The notes under the pieces are model-generated. The model saw nothing but the letters and a program-made list of their open reading frames with translations, searched no databases and was not told the origin of the DNA. The position numbers and the translations under genes are program-made. Positions 12,861 through 25,927 of a stretch of 64,000 nucleotides of DNA are shown in pieces; within the stretch, counting starts at the first letter, position 1, and each line of letters starts with the position of its first letter. The stretch comes from Amoebophrya sp. A120 (lineage: Eukaryota > Protista > Dinoflagellata): the NCBI GenBank assembly GCA_905178155.1, contig CAJINV010000016.1, forward strand, positions 1,393,386-1,457,385, given 5' to 3'.

Positions 12861-13844
12861 ACCTCCAGCATATCCCAATACAAGAGCGCCGGCATCTTGT
12901 TTCCTACTGACCGTAAAGCCTACAGGTTCGAAAGATAGATGAGTGCGAGTAAGGTAGTAAAAACACGCAGATATAAACGAGTTGGTTTTGGTCTAATTCT
13001 AATGTAAGATGATGCTTACTAGCGCTCATTTATCTCATGCTCTTTCCAACAGTAGTGGTGGTGTCTGGCACTACTCACCGCAACAGCCCTCGTCTCTCAA
13101 AAGGTACAAAAACATCCCCCTTCTTCAATTACAATCAACGCATGATGTTGCAGGATCTCGATTGAGCAGTAGAAGGCACACGGCGTGTCTCTTTGACGAG
13201 TACATAGAGTGAGCCGCAACCCTATCGCCTGGCGGTCTATTCTCATACCGTCGTGGTAGTTAAGAAGCAATCTCCAAACCGAAATTGCTGATTGCGTGGA
13301 CGAGCCGTGAAGGTGCGTGGAAACTATGGGCATGACGGTTTGGGACCGCCACGACGCTGAACAACACCTAGCTCTCCGAAACAGAGAAAACATACAACAC
13401 GATCGCGAAAGAGGTTTCGAATGAGCTGCGGGATCATCATTCCCCTATGATCAAATTACTTTTTGTGCTTTGCAATTGCAACGTGTTACGGTTAAATCTA
13501 GGTATCTTTATCGCTTGAAATTTTAAACTGAAAGTGGCCTTGTCTGTGAAGAACGGAAGAGTGAAGCTAAAGACCACTTCGCACAGAAATCGAAGATGAA
13601 AAATGAATCAACAGAAAAAAATTAAAATTTAAATTACTTGAATGCGCAAACAATCTCGTGAATTTCTGTAGCGTTTGTTCCGGTGTGGAAAATGTACTGA
13701 TAGCACAGTAGATGAAAATCGACACGACATGACTACACTGATATTATCTTGCACATACAACACTTGTCCTCGGAGTAGGGCTAGGGGGAAGAGATTCGAA
13801 TTACTTCGATAAGCAACAAGACCTATTTTGATATTGCACACGAC

Positions 13845-16070
13845 CTAATCGTCCTCCTCCGTGCTGTTTCCACGAGTGCTGCCTTCGCGACTGGTTTTTT
13901 TAGTATTTTTCAACGCGAAGATTGACTTTGCAGTGTGCACATGATGGTGCACCAGCTTTCCCATCTGCGTGCTCTTCCTCCCGCTAGGTGTTGTACCATC
14001 TTGTTCGTCCAGTTTACTTTTGCGTGCGCTCGTCCGTCCATCCGCGGTGCCGCCTTTTTTGGGGTGCAAATGGAGACCACCGCCTTTCGCACTGCCGTCC
14101 GACTCTTCGCTTTTGCGGCTGCTTTTCCGGTTGCTCGTGCTTTTTCGCTCTTTGCTTGTCCTGTCTTTGTCGCCGCCGATTACTTTGTGGTGATGGTGCT
14201 GCCCGTGGGTTTTGATAGCCTCTTCCATGTTGTAATCGTCCTCCTCGTCGTCCGAAGCGCCGCCTTGCGACTTCCTTTTCTTCGTGTCGCCCTTCTTTCC
14301 CCCAGCCGCTTTCGTAGAAGTACCGGCTCCGCCGCCCGGGCTCGGCTTCCGCTCCTTCCGCGGTGCCGCAACTTTGGGCATCAGATCGCTGGGCATCTGC
14401 AGTGTGGGCACGCTGGAGGGCAGTCCATAGCCCGTGCCCCGAACTTTTTTCTTGTGGTCCTCTATCCCAAGGAAAAACGTCCCCACTCCATAGTTGTCAT
14501 GCAGATTTGCAGCTACAGGAAGATTTGTTGTAATGCGCATCCCCATGAGAGGCATTTCCAATCGCGCTATGGTGGACTCCGTAATGCTATAAACAGGATG
14601 AGTAGATGGGTTTGTGCTGCCGCTGTACTTGCTAAACTGCACTACAATACAGAGGCGAACTTGTCGTGCTTGACTCCCAAAACTTCTCGATTTGTGTTGC
14701 GAGATCCCCATCTTGACTCTGGGGTGGGGACGTTTTTACACAGGATATCCTCCGAATAATCGTTTTCCTCGTCAGAGTCGTTGGTCAACTTGGTAGTGTG
14801 CCTCTTCTTTCCTCTTTCATCGGTACAGACAAACACTTTACACAGCATGACGATGCCCCCCGTGGCGATGATCCCCACGGCAATGAGAACGACCGTAATC
14901 GTGCTGCCTCCCTCCTCTTCTGCTCCCGTGCCAGCACCTCCCGAGGTTGTGTTGTTCTTGTCACCTCCAGATGAACTACCCGACTGCGGTTGTTGCTCGG
15001 TGCTGCTTGGTTCCGGCGTGCTAGTCCCAGTACCACCTTGTTGTTGCGACTGCGTTGACGGACCGGCTGTTGATGTGGGCGTTGGGAATGAAGTAGAAGA
15101 GACGGTGGCTGCTGCGGTGGTGGTTGTTGTCGTCGAAGTGGATTTGAGCCATGCCGCGCTGTACCCGCCCATGCAATCTTGGCCTGGTTCGCAGTGGTGT
15201 CCGTAGTATTTCAACGGATTGTCCCAGCCTTCTGCTTGATAAGGGCAAAATGCGGCCCATGCCGCCTGAGGATTCCCGTTATGTCGTTTTACCATCTCTT
15301 CATAGTTTATGCAGATCCCCGTTTCCAAAACTTCGGTGTAGCCTGGAAACGCTAGGTTTGCTACGCCTGGTCCGATCCACCAGTGTGGGTAGTCGTAGTC
15401 ACTATGTTCAATGTTCCGTGTCCCTGTTATACTGTTGTACCAAGCTCCTATCCTGCTGTCTAGGCTTGGATCGCTCTTGTAGCACCATACGCAGGTATTT
15501 TGGAACTTTTCTACTGCTCCGCTTGGATTCCCTGCGAGCGCGGTGGATGCCCCTTCTGGCGCACAAAACATGGGAGGCGGCAGGTCCGGGGTTGTCAACA
15601 GATGCTGATTTTCTGCCACTAGTCGCGAACCGATCAGCTCGTCGAAAGGACTGGGAGTTGGCAGCGCGGGATCGGTGGGCAAACGCTCAAGACTGTACAC
15701 TATGGAAGCGTCAGGACCGAAATCGACAAAGTTAAAATAATTTGTCATGCATAAACTGCAAGGCATCAAGTGCCTCTCTTGCAGGGATGGCAAGCGAGGT
15801 CGACTGTCAGCCTGTTTGGGGTCTGCGATAGAGCTGCGAAAGTAGCACGACAGCAGCCGCCTTCTGTCCCCAAACAGCATGACAGACTGGATTTAGACGG
15901 TGCTGAAATTTGTCATGCGTCGCTTGGAAATTGACCTTCCAACTGGTATCGATTTTATGCATTACAAGTTCTTTCAACTTTGTCGATTTCGATCCTGACA
16001 GTTCCATATACACTGCGCACCCGGAATTATATGATGGCGCTTGGGCGCTCCAATAGGTTCGAATCGTCAA
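13845..16070 (-). CDS. Single-pass membrane protein: Cys/Trp-rich ectodomain, S/T-rich stalk, TM helix, basic tail; 5' exons probably extend towards about 17100
   Basis: ORFs 15807-16070, 14642-15880 and 13845-14711 join in frame across introners 15701-16008 and 14463-14747; TM ITVVLIAVGIIATGGIVMLC. Confidence 0.65.
14463..14747. mobile_element. Introner, TIR family E
   Basis: tatcccaaggaaaaacgtccccactcc / ggggtggggacgtttttacacaggata; TSD TCCTC; removal gives SEDHKKK. Confidence 0.9.
15701..16008. mobile_element. Introner, TIR family F
   Basis: tatggaagcgtcaggaccgaaatcgacaaagtt / aactttgtcgatttcgatcctgacagttccata; TSD TACAC; homologous over its full length to 19564-19870 in reverse complement. 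Confidence 0.93.
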
Positions 16071-16463
16071 ATCGGCCAGATCAGTATGGAGCCAAAAAAG
16101 TGCAACTCACGTTCAACGCCAGTTTTCGCTTTCATCGGCGTCAATTTTTGCACATCCATATCATGCTTCTAAAGAGCAACCGAATGTTGACATAGATTTT
16201 TGAAGATGTCAGGTGCAGGCGCAGCTGCACCCAAAGCAAATCCAAGTCGTCTGAATCTCGATCTGGAAAGTACCACCTCCATGCGTTATATGCTTTCCTG
16301 AGCGAAAATCATGCTTTTCCCTCTTACTTTCTGTTCCTGCGTCACTGGTGCATCACAAAATCCGTTCTTGAACGTAGCACTTTTTTGCACGATGATACTT
16401 CGCGGGCCCATCCGACAGCTCGGCGGAGCTGTGCAGGAGGGGATTACCTCCAGCAGCACCGCC

Positions 16464-16614
16464 TATGCTATGTAAATTTCCTGTACATGTACAAAATGCA
16501 TGACAAATTTCGCTAACTTGCAGTGTCCAACTTGTCATGCTACACTAGGACTGAAGGCAAGTTTTGTCATGCAGAGACTGCATTTGTACATGTACAGGAA
16601 ATTTACTGTGGATA
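16464..16614. mobile_element. Introner, TIR family G
   Basis: tatgctatgtaaatttcctgtacatgtacaaa / tttgtacatgtacaggaaatttactgtggata; TSD CCGCC. Confidence 0.88.
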
Positions 16615-18393
16615 CCGCCGCCTTCAATTACATGGCCCGCAGGATTGTAGTCCCTCGTCGCAGCAGCTCCTTCACCATGATTTTGCGTCGATGATGATGT
16701 CGTCGTCATCGCAGGTCGTGCCGCTTTGTAGTCACCAAACTGCACAACATGCACATCATTCGCATTCACAAACGAGGACTTCAAGTTGTTATTCTTGAAG
16801 ATTTTGCGCAATTTGCTGCCAGCCGAAACGCCAGACCTAGCTGCAGCCGCGCTCCGACTCTTCACCGTCTTCTTTTTCGCGAACAAGGATATTGCCGTTG
16901 CGCGGTGAAGCAGCGACGTGTTGAGGTGGATACACTGATGCAGGAGCACCGCCGCAGCAGGAGCGCAGAGGAACCGCACATGCAGTCGGAGCGGTCTAGA
17001 CAAGGAGGGGCCAAGGAGTCGTCCCTGCTTGTCTTTGGCGCAGGTGGAAACAAAAATCATGCTGCCCCTGATTGTTCTGTCGCCCGCCTTCACGCCAACA
17101 TGGAGGAATAATTCCTATCTGGTTTACTTTCCGCGGATGGAGCCGCAAAAGCGGAGTGGGATAAGGATAACAACAAAACAAAAACGTAAAATCAAAGACG
17201 GGGCTGGCTCCTAGAGGTTATGTACTTGTAGTGGTCGGGGAATGTTATTTGTTCTAACGGGGGAATAAAAATGTGGGAAAGAGATTGAGCAGGGTTCGTA
17301 CAAGGAGTGAGGTTTTGCCTGTGTGTGGGTGTAACCATATTCGGAAAAATTGCAGAGAAGTCAGTCACAGTGGACACAAAATGGCGCACTAACCTAGAAC
17401 GAAGTCAACGCGACGCTTTCAAGTCGAACCGAGCAACACGAATATGGTGGCTCTAGTGTAGTATTCTTGGTACGTATTGCTCATACCTCCAATATGTTTG
17501 CAGTTGCACGAAGTAGAGGTGGACGAATCTTCACAAAATCTGTGACCGTCACGACACGAAAGACGACCGGGGACGCAAAACTGTAAATTATAGGCAAACT
17601 AGACCGAGCAAAACTCTGGGCGTAAGAAGCAGCGACTTATCTTTGTATGTGTATGACGATCCAACCGAAAACAGATCACAACGGTAAAACCGAGACGAGC
17701 ACGGCGGCTAGCGGAAAATGAAATTCGTTTCTCCTACGGACGAAGATTTTCCACACCCGTGACCGTGCGCTGTTCTTTTTAGGTACTTTTTCTGCGGAAA
17801 ATGAAATGGCTTTCGAAAGAAATGTCATATTTGGGGTCGTGTCAAAGTCAAGAAGCCATATAATCTACTTGCTAAACTGTTCATAAAAAAAGAAGAAACG
17901 CAGAGGAGCAACAAGATGTAGTTTCAATAAAAAACGCGTGCTCATGATATACGAATCTGATCAAAAGCATTGGTCGCCATAGGAGAAACAAACAAGCAGC
18001 GTTTTCATTTTCATCTTCAGCACTGTCTATCAGAGCGATAAAAAATTTCTGAAAACTTTCTTGCGCCAGCACGCTGTCATGCTACTCCTCCTACATGAAT
18101 CTAAAATTGTACTCGATGAACCGGGTTGAAAGAAGAACCTTTTTCAGGCTGGGGTCGTCTTCGTACAGGTTTATTGCTTGAACTTGGGGTAATGCTGCAG
18201 AGAAAACAGAAAAAAATATTACAATCTCGACGTTGACAAATGAAAAAAAAAAGAAATGATATGAAAAAAAAAAAATGCGCGTAAAAAATAAATGGTAGTA
18301 TCTATAATCATGCACCTCCTGCTGATTTTGGTTTTGCATCAAAGACCTGTGAATCATATGTGCACGAGGTCGGTGCAATCAAAACTTCTTGTC

Positions 18394-20964
18394 CTACTCT
18401 GCTGGAATTTCGGGATTGGTTTTTTTCTTCTTGATCTTCTTCTTCATGCTGCGATTTTTCCCGCTCCTGCTGCTTCCCTCTGACTTTCCCGATGTGATCT
18501 CCCCCGAGGTAACCGAGAGGTCCCCCCCGGTGGGTTTCTTCTTCAGTTTGCCTTTGCTCCTCGTCTTTTTCAGGCTTTGGCTTATCGAGAGGAAATTTAT
18601 TAATTCATTCCTGTACACATACAATTACGAGGAAATCCAAATGGTGATATTGCATGACAGAACCCTGTTTGTGCGCGTACCCTATTCAGTTTCAGCGTTG
18701 CAAGTGGTTTCCGTTTCGTATTTTTGGCTATGGCTTGCTCTTTCCAATCATTTGTCTTTGTCATGATCTAATCCATGCATAATTTCAATTTCCATTTCTT
18801 GTCAATGTACAGGAAATAAAATCATCTGTACTTGCATAGTGCTCTTCCCCTTCGAGGAATTATAGCCGCTCTCGGTTCCCGTCACGGAGGTGGCTCCGGA
18901 GGTCGCTCCCGAGGTCTCGCCGCCCGCTCCTTGCCCGGGGGTCTTTTTCCGCCGCGCGGATTTTTTCTTGATTTTCCGGGCCGCCTTCATGGCGCTGCCC
19001 AGCTGCGACATGGCTTTGGCTCCCCCCGGTGAGGGGACCATCATGCCCGACTGGATGGGTGCCCCGGAGAGCAGCACCCCGGCTCCCGACGGCATCCCGG
19101 GGCCTTCGGACGGCCCCATGGGGTGCAGAAACGTCGTAGACTGGTGATGTAGAAGCTTCTTCGCGCTTGCCGACCCCGACGTCGATTTGGCCGCAGACGA
19201 ATTCGCACCACTCGGGAGAGCCGCCCCCGATAAAATACCGCTTTTACTGAGTAGTTGCGCTCCTTCGGACGCCGCCTCGTACGCGCCTCGCACGCTGTCC
19301 AGTGGTTGCTTCGAGGACTTCTTCTTCACAATTTTCTTCTTCTTCTTCTCCTCTGGTTTATTGGGGGCGTAGGAGGTGATCTGACCAGATTCCACGTTGT
19401 TCGTGGGAACCCCTGTGTCCGTTTCAATCAGCGCCTTCGACGCCATTGCCAAGCCGCTCGGAAGCGCTTTAAAACCGCCCGCCACGCTGCCCAGCGCCGA
19501 GATCGCGGCCGAGCCGCCCGTCGCGGAGCCGCGGCCAGATTTTGATGTTGCGCTCGGGGGCGATATGGAACTGTCAAAATCGAAATCGTCAAAGTTGGAA
19601 TGATTTGCCATGCATAAAATGGATGCCAGTTGTAACCTAGCTTCCAAGTGGCGCATGACAAATTTGGGTAAAACGAAAATTCAGTTTGTCATGCTGTTCG
19701 GGTAAGGGCGACGCCTTTTGTCATGCTATTTTGGCAGCTCTGTCGCAGACCCCAAACAGGCTGACTGTCGGCCTCACTTGCCATCCCTGCAAGAGAGGCA
19801 TTTCGTGTCTTGCAATTTATGCATGAGAAATCATTTCAATTTTGACGATTTCAGTCCGGACGCTTCCATAGGCGAGGCGGTCGACGGATTTGCGACGGCA
19901 GCGCGGTTGTCGTAGCTCTCGGGAGCCAGCACGGGGGAGCCGCGGTTGTCGTAGCTCTCGGGGGCCACCACGGGGCCGTCGGGAAAGTCGTCGTCTTCGG
20001 GCGCAATGGTACCCGGCTGGACCGGCGGCTCTTCTTGCTGGCCGGCGGGAATAGTAGGAGCAGCTCCCGCCGCTCCGCCAGAAATAAGGTCATTCAAAGT
20101 TGTGCCGGTAGCTGCTGCACCAGCTTGTTCTTGCGCAACAACATCTACTCCCGGCTTGACTTCACCTTGCTGACTCTGCCGGGTTTTCTGGCTTGTTTCC
20201 CCGCTCGAATTCAACGCAGGAACATCGACCTGTTGTCCTGGTTGTAGTCCTCGTTCTTGTCCAATCTTGCTCCCGCGTGAGGCCTTGTGAGCGGCCGTTC
20301 CGAAGTTTTCGCCGCCCTTCATGCTGTCGCCCGTGTCGGGGATTTCCACGGGGCGGACGCAGACGCAGCAGGTGAGCAGACAGAGCATCACGGACGCGCC
20401 AAAGATGATGACCTGCAGCAAGGCCATGCGGAACCACCAGGAGAATTTTGTCCTCGCCTTGACCCTTCCCACAGTTTCTGTGACGTTTTCTGCGTCCGCG
20501 TCGGTGTTGCCGTCCTCATTTTCGGACGAATGTTGGTGGGAGAATTTCCTTCTAGCGTGGAGGTTCAACTCGGAATGTTGTTTCTGCAAAGTGGACGCGG
20601 AGCTCCTTTCAGGGTAATCTGCAACTTGTTCTTCGGCAGAACGAGCAGCAGCTTTTTCAATCTCTACACCGACCGCTTCCTCTGCAGAGAGAGCTTGAGC
20701 TGTCAAGTGTTCGTATTGCGTTTCCACCTCCGCTTCCGGCGTGTTCACTTCCGCCGCCCTCGTCCGTGCGCCCGCTGCATTCTTCTTATTTTTCTTGTAT
20801 TTCAAATGTTGCGCGAGGTTCACATTTTTTACCCGCTTTTTCCTCCCCTGTACCCGATAGGTGTAGGAGGAGACGAGGAGGGAGACGGACGAACTGAAGA
20901 TCGACTCCTGCAGGAGGCAGGAAAGCCAGAAGAAATCCGAAACCAGCCGCGTTAAACACGACAT
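18394..20964 (-). CDS. Predicted membrane protein with a low-complexity K/S/G-rich tail, about 665 aa
   Basis: Three ORFs join in frame (1998 nt) across introners 19564-19870 and 18583-18838; hydrophobic N-terminus and TM WWFRMALLQVIIFGASVMLCLLTCC. Confidence 0.75.
18583..18838. mobile_element. Degenerate introner (family G-like)
   Basis: tatcgag...ttcctgtaca / tgtacaggaa...ttgcata; imperfect TSD TGGCT/GTGCT; removal restores the frame. Confidence 0.75.
19564..19870. mobile_element. Introner, TIR family F (inverted relative to the 15701 copy)
   Basis: tatggaactgtcaaaatcgaaatcgtcaaagtt ... ttttgacgatttcagtccggacgcttccata; TSD GGCGA. Confidence 0.93.
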
Positions 20965-21832
20965 GGTGACTGGTGGATTTTGATATGTGAAGTGGTTTGT
21001 AAATTTGGTACTGCTATTGCTACTAACTTGGAAATGGAAAAGTAATCATGTCATAATTTCTAATCGTGGGGGGATAGTGTACAATGGGTGATGCATATTT
21101 TTTTGCATACGGGGTGCGAAATCTCATCCTTCACCTGGTGCCATTTTTAGAAACAAAGAAGCAATACTGGTAGGTAGATCATGAAACATTGCTATCCTTT
21201 CCTTTACGAATAAAAACGAAGAGAATAAAGATAGAGCGCACGACCACGAAGAGAAAAGCGAGGCGTGAACTACGGTTGCTGCACGAGGAGAAGTTACACA
21301 CACGAAGGACGATACCGAAGATGTTGAAATGCGTTCACCGTGAACGATCAACCGAACAATCGGCTTTACTTTGTGGACGAAGAAAGTCGAAAACCTAAAC
21401 CGATGAGCTTTCACTTAAATCCAAAAGCGACGAAGTCACAAACACGAACCGACTCATCGACGACTAGGAGCGACTTGGCAAAGAATTATTTACGGGGATC
21501 GATGTACCAGCTATAGCGCTTGGCTTCTACTCTTACGCTTCTGCCGCGTAGCCATCCTGCGTAAAGTTACACAGGAGCGAATGATGGCGTTGAATTCGAT
21601 TTGAACGCGCAGGAGTTTGAAGAACGCATGGAAAGTTGAATGTTTTTCGCTTCCACGAGGCGCTCACTGGCACTGTCGGTCGAAATGAATTATTTAAACC
21701 TCGGGAGATGAAAGTACAATCGGAATGGGTTCTACTCAAAAGCTTTCTGGCAACGCGGCACTCTTACCCTCCACCACACAAATCAGAGTCACACGCATAA
21801 TTCGACGCTCACAGAGCGATTGTAGTAACCTT

Positions 21833-24031
21833 CTAGGACCTGAAAATATAATCTTCGTCTAGAAAGTTCACAACGCATCTCTTCCAGCCACACCGAGCGC
21901 TGTAGTACTTGACGAAGTAGCAAGGATCATGATAATTTGTCCCGGTAGCAGTTCGAAATGTCGGAGCTGCCTTGTCGCTATCGCGCATCTTGTCTGCGTG
22001 CGGATCTTCTTTTTGTCCTTGGTCAAGATGAGCATGCTCCACCTCCACAAACCCACACCTCCCCTCCATCTGCTCGTGCGACCAGATCGGTCCTTGTCCC
22101 AAGTTTAGCGTTAGCAGCCTCGTCTGTCCATCGTGAATGGCGTGCGTTAACTTCTCCAGGTCGCGCAGAAAAAGCTCCGTGTCGGGCAGGCGGGTTTGGT
22201 TGTTGCTCACCATGTTGTCACTGTTGTGCTGATTCAGTAGGTCGTCAGCTTCACTGTTCATAACCGCCACACCTCCACCATTATCCTTCTCAAACAATTC
22301 CGACATGGGGTTTTGCCGCTGGGTGAATTTGCACCCGTCGAGGGTCAAGTGCTCGATGTCCGAGGTTTTTAAGGCTGAAATCAAGAACCAAATATTTCCG
22401 TAGTCCGCGAATCGGAGGGTTAAGAATCGTAGGGTGGAGGACGCTCCGATTGCGCGAAAGGTGTCGGGTTGAAGGAAGTCCCCGCAGTTGTTTGTGAGGA
22501 AGAGTGTTTCTAGTAGATGCGCTGAGGGTGGTTGGACAACTCCTGTTGTGGCCGCAGCTGTTGTAGTGGGAGATGCAGTAGGTGCATGAGCTTGAGCCTT
22601 CTGGCTCTTCAATTGCGCTCTTTGCTCCCTCGTTGGCTTAATTATTCCCGGGTGCTGGACCAGAATCTCTTTCAACCTCTGCTGCGTCGTCATTTGCAGT
22701 CGTGGTTCGTCCGGGTTTTCTTCTTGTCGGTGCAGGTGCTCACAATAGTCGGTGTCGAGTACTAGGGAATAGAGTGTCGTTGGTGTGAATTTCTTGCTCC
22801 TCCACTGCCAGAACGCGTCGCTTGTGAATCTTTTGTCTTCCTCCGGGAAGCTGTAGCGAATTTTGGTCGAGGACATTTTTGCTTCGCTACGTGTCAGGCG
22901 AGATTCAGGTCCTCGGTCACTAGGCGCAACTAGAACTTCATCGGTGACGTCGCTTTTTCTGGCTTGTCTCAGATCCGCACTCAAGGGATTCTTTTTGCAG
23001 ACGATCTTCAGTGTGGTTCTGGCTGCGGAGGTTTTTTTCCCGCTGGTGTTCTTGGAGGCTTTCATCTTATCCTTTGTTTTATGACTTGTCGCATTGTTGT
23101 AAATCTTGCCGTCGGTTCGGTACAACGCGTCTGACAGCATTCTGTCAGAACTGATCTCCTTGTACGTGCTATCCATCCCGCTTTCCAGAAACAGATCCAG
23201 CATCCAAAACCCGCAGTAATCCAACGCGTTGTTCACCAAATACCCTTCGTGAAATTCGTCAACCCTTCTAATCCGGTCGGACGTCAGCTGGCCCAAATGC
23301 TTGGAGTGGTTGAAGGGCGGTGGCTGTTTCTCCTGTTTAAGTAGACTGGGCTGGGCCTGTTGTGAAGGGGACTGTAGAGCGGCGCTTGGTCGCAAGGCAC
23401 TTCCACTTGAGGTAGATGCGACACCGCTAGACGGCGTGGCCCTGCTCGTCGTCGTCTCTCGCCGTTCGTAGTCAGTGATCCTTCTGGCGAGGCAGCGCTT
23501 CAAGGTATGCAGGTCCGGCTCCTGCCGGTGATCGAAGAACTCTGCCGTGGGAAGCGCGATGACCTTCGTCGAAAGGAGAGATGGTTGTGGCTGCTGACGG
23601 GTCGATGATGACGATGATGTTTGTTTTGCATGGGAAGTTGCATGCTCTGCAGCTGCAGCACTCACATACTCGATCTCGCACCATTCCGGATAAAAGTTTT
23701 CCTCGGACAAGGAAACCGATGGGGACGGCGCAGCGATTCTCTTCGACACACCGTAGCGAGGCGTTCGTCTTCGGCCTCTTTTTCTCTTGTTAGTCTTAGC
23801 TGCAGAAGACTCTTCGCCGCTCGTAATGGTAGTTGCCTCGGCCTTCTTCGAATTGGAATCACGTCTAACAGCACGATAGGTGTTTTTCCTTTTCCCCTTC
23901 CTCTTGGAGGACGAGGTGCTGTCCAGAGAAGACACAGAGGACCCCGCGGTAGAGACATTGGACCGCAAGCTCGAGTTACTGCTATTGCTCAAGGAGCGGA
24001 GCAGGGAGGAGACTGCCGGGGCTGGCAACAT
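21833..24031 (-). CDS. Hypothetical protein with C-terminal leucine-rich-repeat-like units, 732 aa
   Basis: Uninterrupted ATG ORF; LETLFLTNN, LRFLTLRF, IEHLTLDGCKF, LLTLNLGQ. Confidence 0.65.
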   Translation of the reverse strand: MLPAPAVSSLLRSLSNSSNSSLRSNVSTAGSSVSSLDSTSSSKRKGKRKNTYRAVRRDSNSKKAEATTITSGEESSAAKTNKRKRGRRRTPRYGVSKRIAAPSPSVSLSEENFYPEWCEIEYVSAAAAEHATSHAKQTSSSSSTRQQPQPSLLSTKVIALPTAEFFDHRQEPDLHTLKRCLARRITDYERRETTTSRATPSSGVASTSSGSALRPSAALQSPSQQAQPSLLKQEKQPPPFNHSKHLGQLTSDRIRRVDEFHEGYLVNNALDYCGFWMLDLFLESGMDSTYKEISSDRMLSDALYRTDGKIYNNATSHKTKDKMKASKNTSGKKTSAARTTLKIVCKKNPLSADLRQARKSDVTDEVLVAPSDRGPESRLTRSEAKMSSTKIRYSFPEEDKRFTSDAFWQWRSKKFTPTTLYSLVLDTDYCEHLHRQEENPDEPRLQMTTQQRLKEILVQHPGIIKPTREQRAQLKSQKAQAHAPTASPTTTAAATTGVVQPPSAHLLETLFLTNNCGDFLQPDTFRAIGASSTLRFLTLRFADYGNIWFLISALKTSDIEHLTLDGCKFTQRQNPMSELFEKDNGGGVAVMNSEADDLLNQHNSDNMVSNNQTRLPDTELFLRDLEKLTHAIHDGQTRLLTLNLGQGPIWSHEQMEGRCGFVEVEHAHLDQGQKEDPHADKMRDSDKAAPTFRTATGTNYHDPCYFVKYYSARCGWKRCVVNFLDEDYIFRS

Positions 24032-24621
24032 CTTTGGTGTGCGGAGAAAAGTGTTGGTGAAGTCTTCGGCGTAGCAAATGTTGATTCAGGAATGAAAGCG
24101 AATTAAAGCAAGTGGAATGAGTCGTAAGTAACGTCAGAACATGCAGATGATGAAGTGAGCTGGGTTGTTTGTGAGTTCAGCAGTAGTAGAATCGGCGAAG
24201 CTAGTACGCGCTAACCCAGGCCGACGTAGAGGGAGATAAACCGCAGCAGGAAAGTTCTTGTTCTCGTCACCGAATTCCAGCTTCTGCAATACCGAGATTT
24301 CAAGGAGAAGCATTTTTGGGATCCACTGCAGACGGATTTGCTTAAGTAGTATGACTATGACTGCGAAGACCGAGAAGCACCATTCGCAACGACCGATTCG
24401 CCTGCGTCAGCAGCTGTGCACACAACCGACAGGCCATTCGAAACGGCGGTGCCGGGTCTTCATTTCGATCACAATGCTCACCGAAGAAGAATAGTTTGCT
24501 GAAACACAAAAGAGAAAATGCAAAAGTGTTAATAGCCTCAGAGGACTCACTGTTACCCAACTCTATTTGGTGCGAGCTACCCATGCGGAAAAAACTTAAT
24601 GTCGTTCAGGAAAGTGTCAAA

Positions 24622-25927
24622 TCAGGCCAGCGGATTGAAAAAATCATCTATCGCAGTCCACACACTCCCGCCCCGATTCTTACTCCCCCCGCCAGCAATA
24701 TCAAATGCAAAAATGTCTGGGTCTGGAAGGTTGTAACTTGTGATGCGTCCTGTGGATCACACAAAAATCTGTGTTGCGTGATCACCAAAAGTTGTTCTTT
24801 TTTGACCAACATGAGCGGCAGTTTCTCATGCAGGATAGGCATGATGGGGACCATTTCGCAGTATCTGTCATGCTAGGCCCTGCATTCCAGACCTCATGGG
24901 GCACGGAAAATATGCATGACAAATGCAAATCTCGCAATCTTCCTGACCCAGACACTTTTGCATTTGATAAGCACCACCTGCACCCGCAACGGGCGCCGGA
25001 ACTGGAGCAGTCACGGCTGCCGGCGTCGCGGACACCGGCGGTGTGTAGTAGGGCGTTCGTTCGCGTTGCGCGGCTAACACCGCGGATCGCTCCTTCGCTT
25101 TGACCACAGACGCTGGCTGGCGCTCTTCCGGAAGTAGTTTGTAGAGATCCTTCTCCTCGTAGTTGTCCATTTGCAATGGCATGTCGCTGAAAAAACTCCA
25201 GTATCCAGTGCAAAAGTATCGCACTCGTACATACTAATTGCAGCCATGCATGACAGATCTATTTTCTAAGGGAAAACAGCATTACAAATTGCATTTTTGT
25301 TCTTGAGAAAATTTGTCATGCAGTTTATACTAGTAGTACGATACTTTTGCACTGCATATCCAGAAGCGGTAGAATTCTGGGAAGGACTTTTGGTGTTCGA
25401 CTTCTTCCCGGAGCTCCTGCTCGTCATCGGCCAGCTGTTGTTTTTGATGATAGACATTCAATCTTCAGCAGCATTAGGTTGTGTTTTACGAAGACAAATG
25501 GCGTCAGCAATGATGTTTCCGCATGAGAAATTGCACTCCGCATAAGTAGGAATCAATTGCAATTCGCCAGAACAAGCCCAACTACACGAACACGATGCAA
25601 TAGCAATTACATCAATACCGCAGATTTGTCAATGGTGACGCCGTTAGGTAGTTGGATGAAATCTGACAGAAACGGCCTTTGGTCGTCCTGCTCGGCGACT
25701 TTCAACGCTCGTTGGTCCGGTTTCTTCACCAAAATTTTGTCGAGGAAGTCTACTCGTTCTTTTAGCAAGTGTAATTGCAAATCCAGTTTCGCCACTTCCT
25801 TCTCCGTTTTGCTCAGCATGCACTGGTCCTCACCGAGCAAGCGGATGACGGTTCTTTTCTGGGAAGTAGTTCCGTCCGGCGGAGAGCTGGGCATGGCGCC
25901 CGGTGGAGGGGGGCCGGGGGAAGTCAT
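24622..25927 (-). CDS. Hypothetical protein with a short coiled coil; multi-exon
   Basis: Exons join across introner 25202-25358 (FYRFWSFFSD) and introner 24699-24969 (GAGGGSKNRG...FFNPLA stop), plus one conventional intron; start uncertain. Confidence 0.6.
24699..24969. mobile_element. Introner, TIR family B
   Basis: tatcaaatgcaaaaatgtctgggtctggaag ... cttcctgacccagacacttttgcatttgata; TSD AGCAA/AGCAC. Confidence 0.92.
25202..25358. mobile_element. Introner, TIR family A
   Basis: tatccagtgcaaaagtatcgcact ... agtacgatacttttgcactgcata; TSD TCCAG. Confidence 0.92.

Noticed and set aside
16070-17180. Full 5' exon model for the 13845 gene
   Set aside because: After removing introner 16464-16614 the frame stops at 16353; I could not resolve it without RNA data
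19903-19977. 39-bp tandem duplication (APESYDNR x2), and a 19-bp duplicate at about 28391/28428
   Set aside because: Ordinary local duplications
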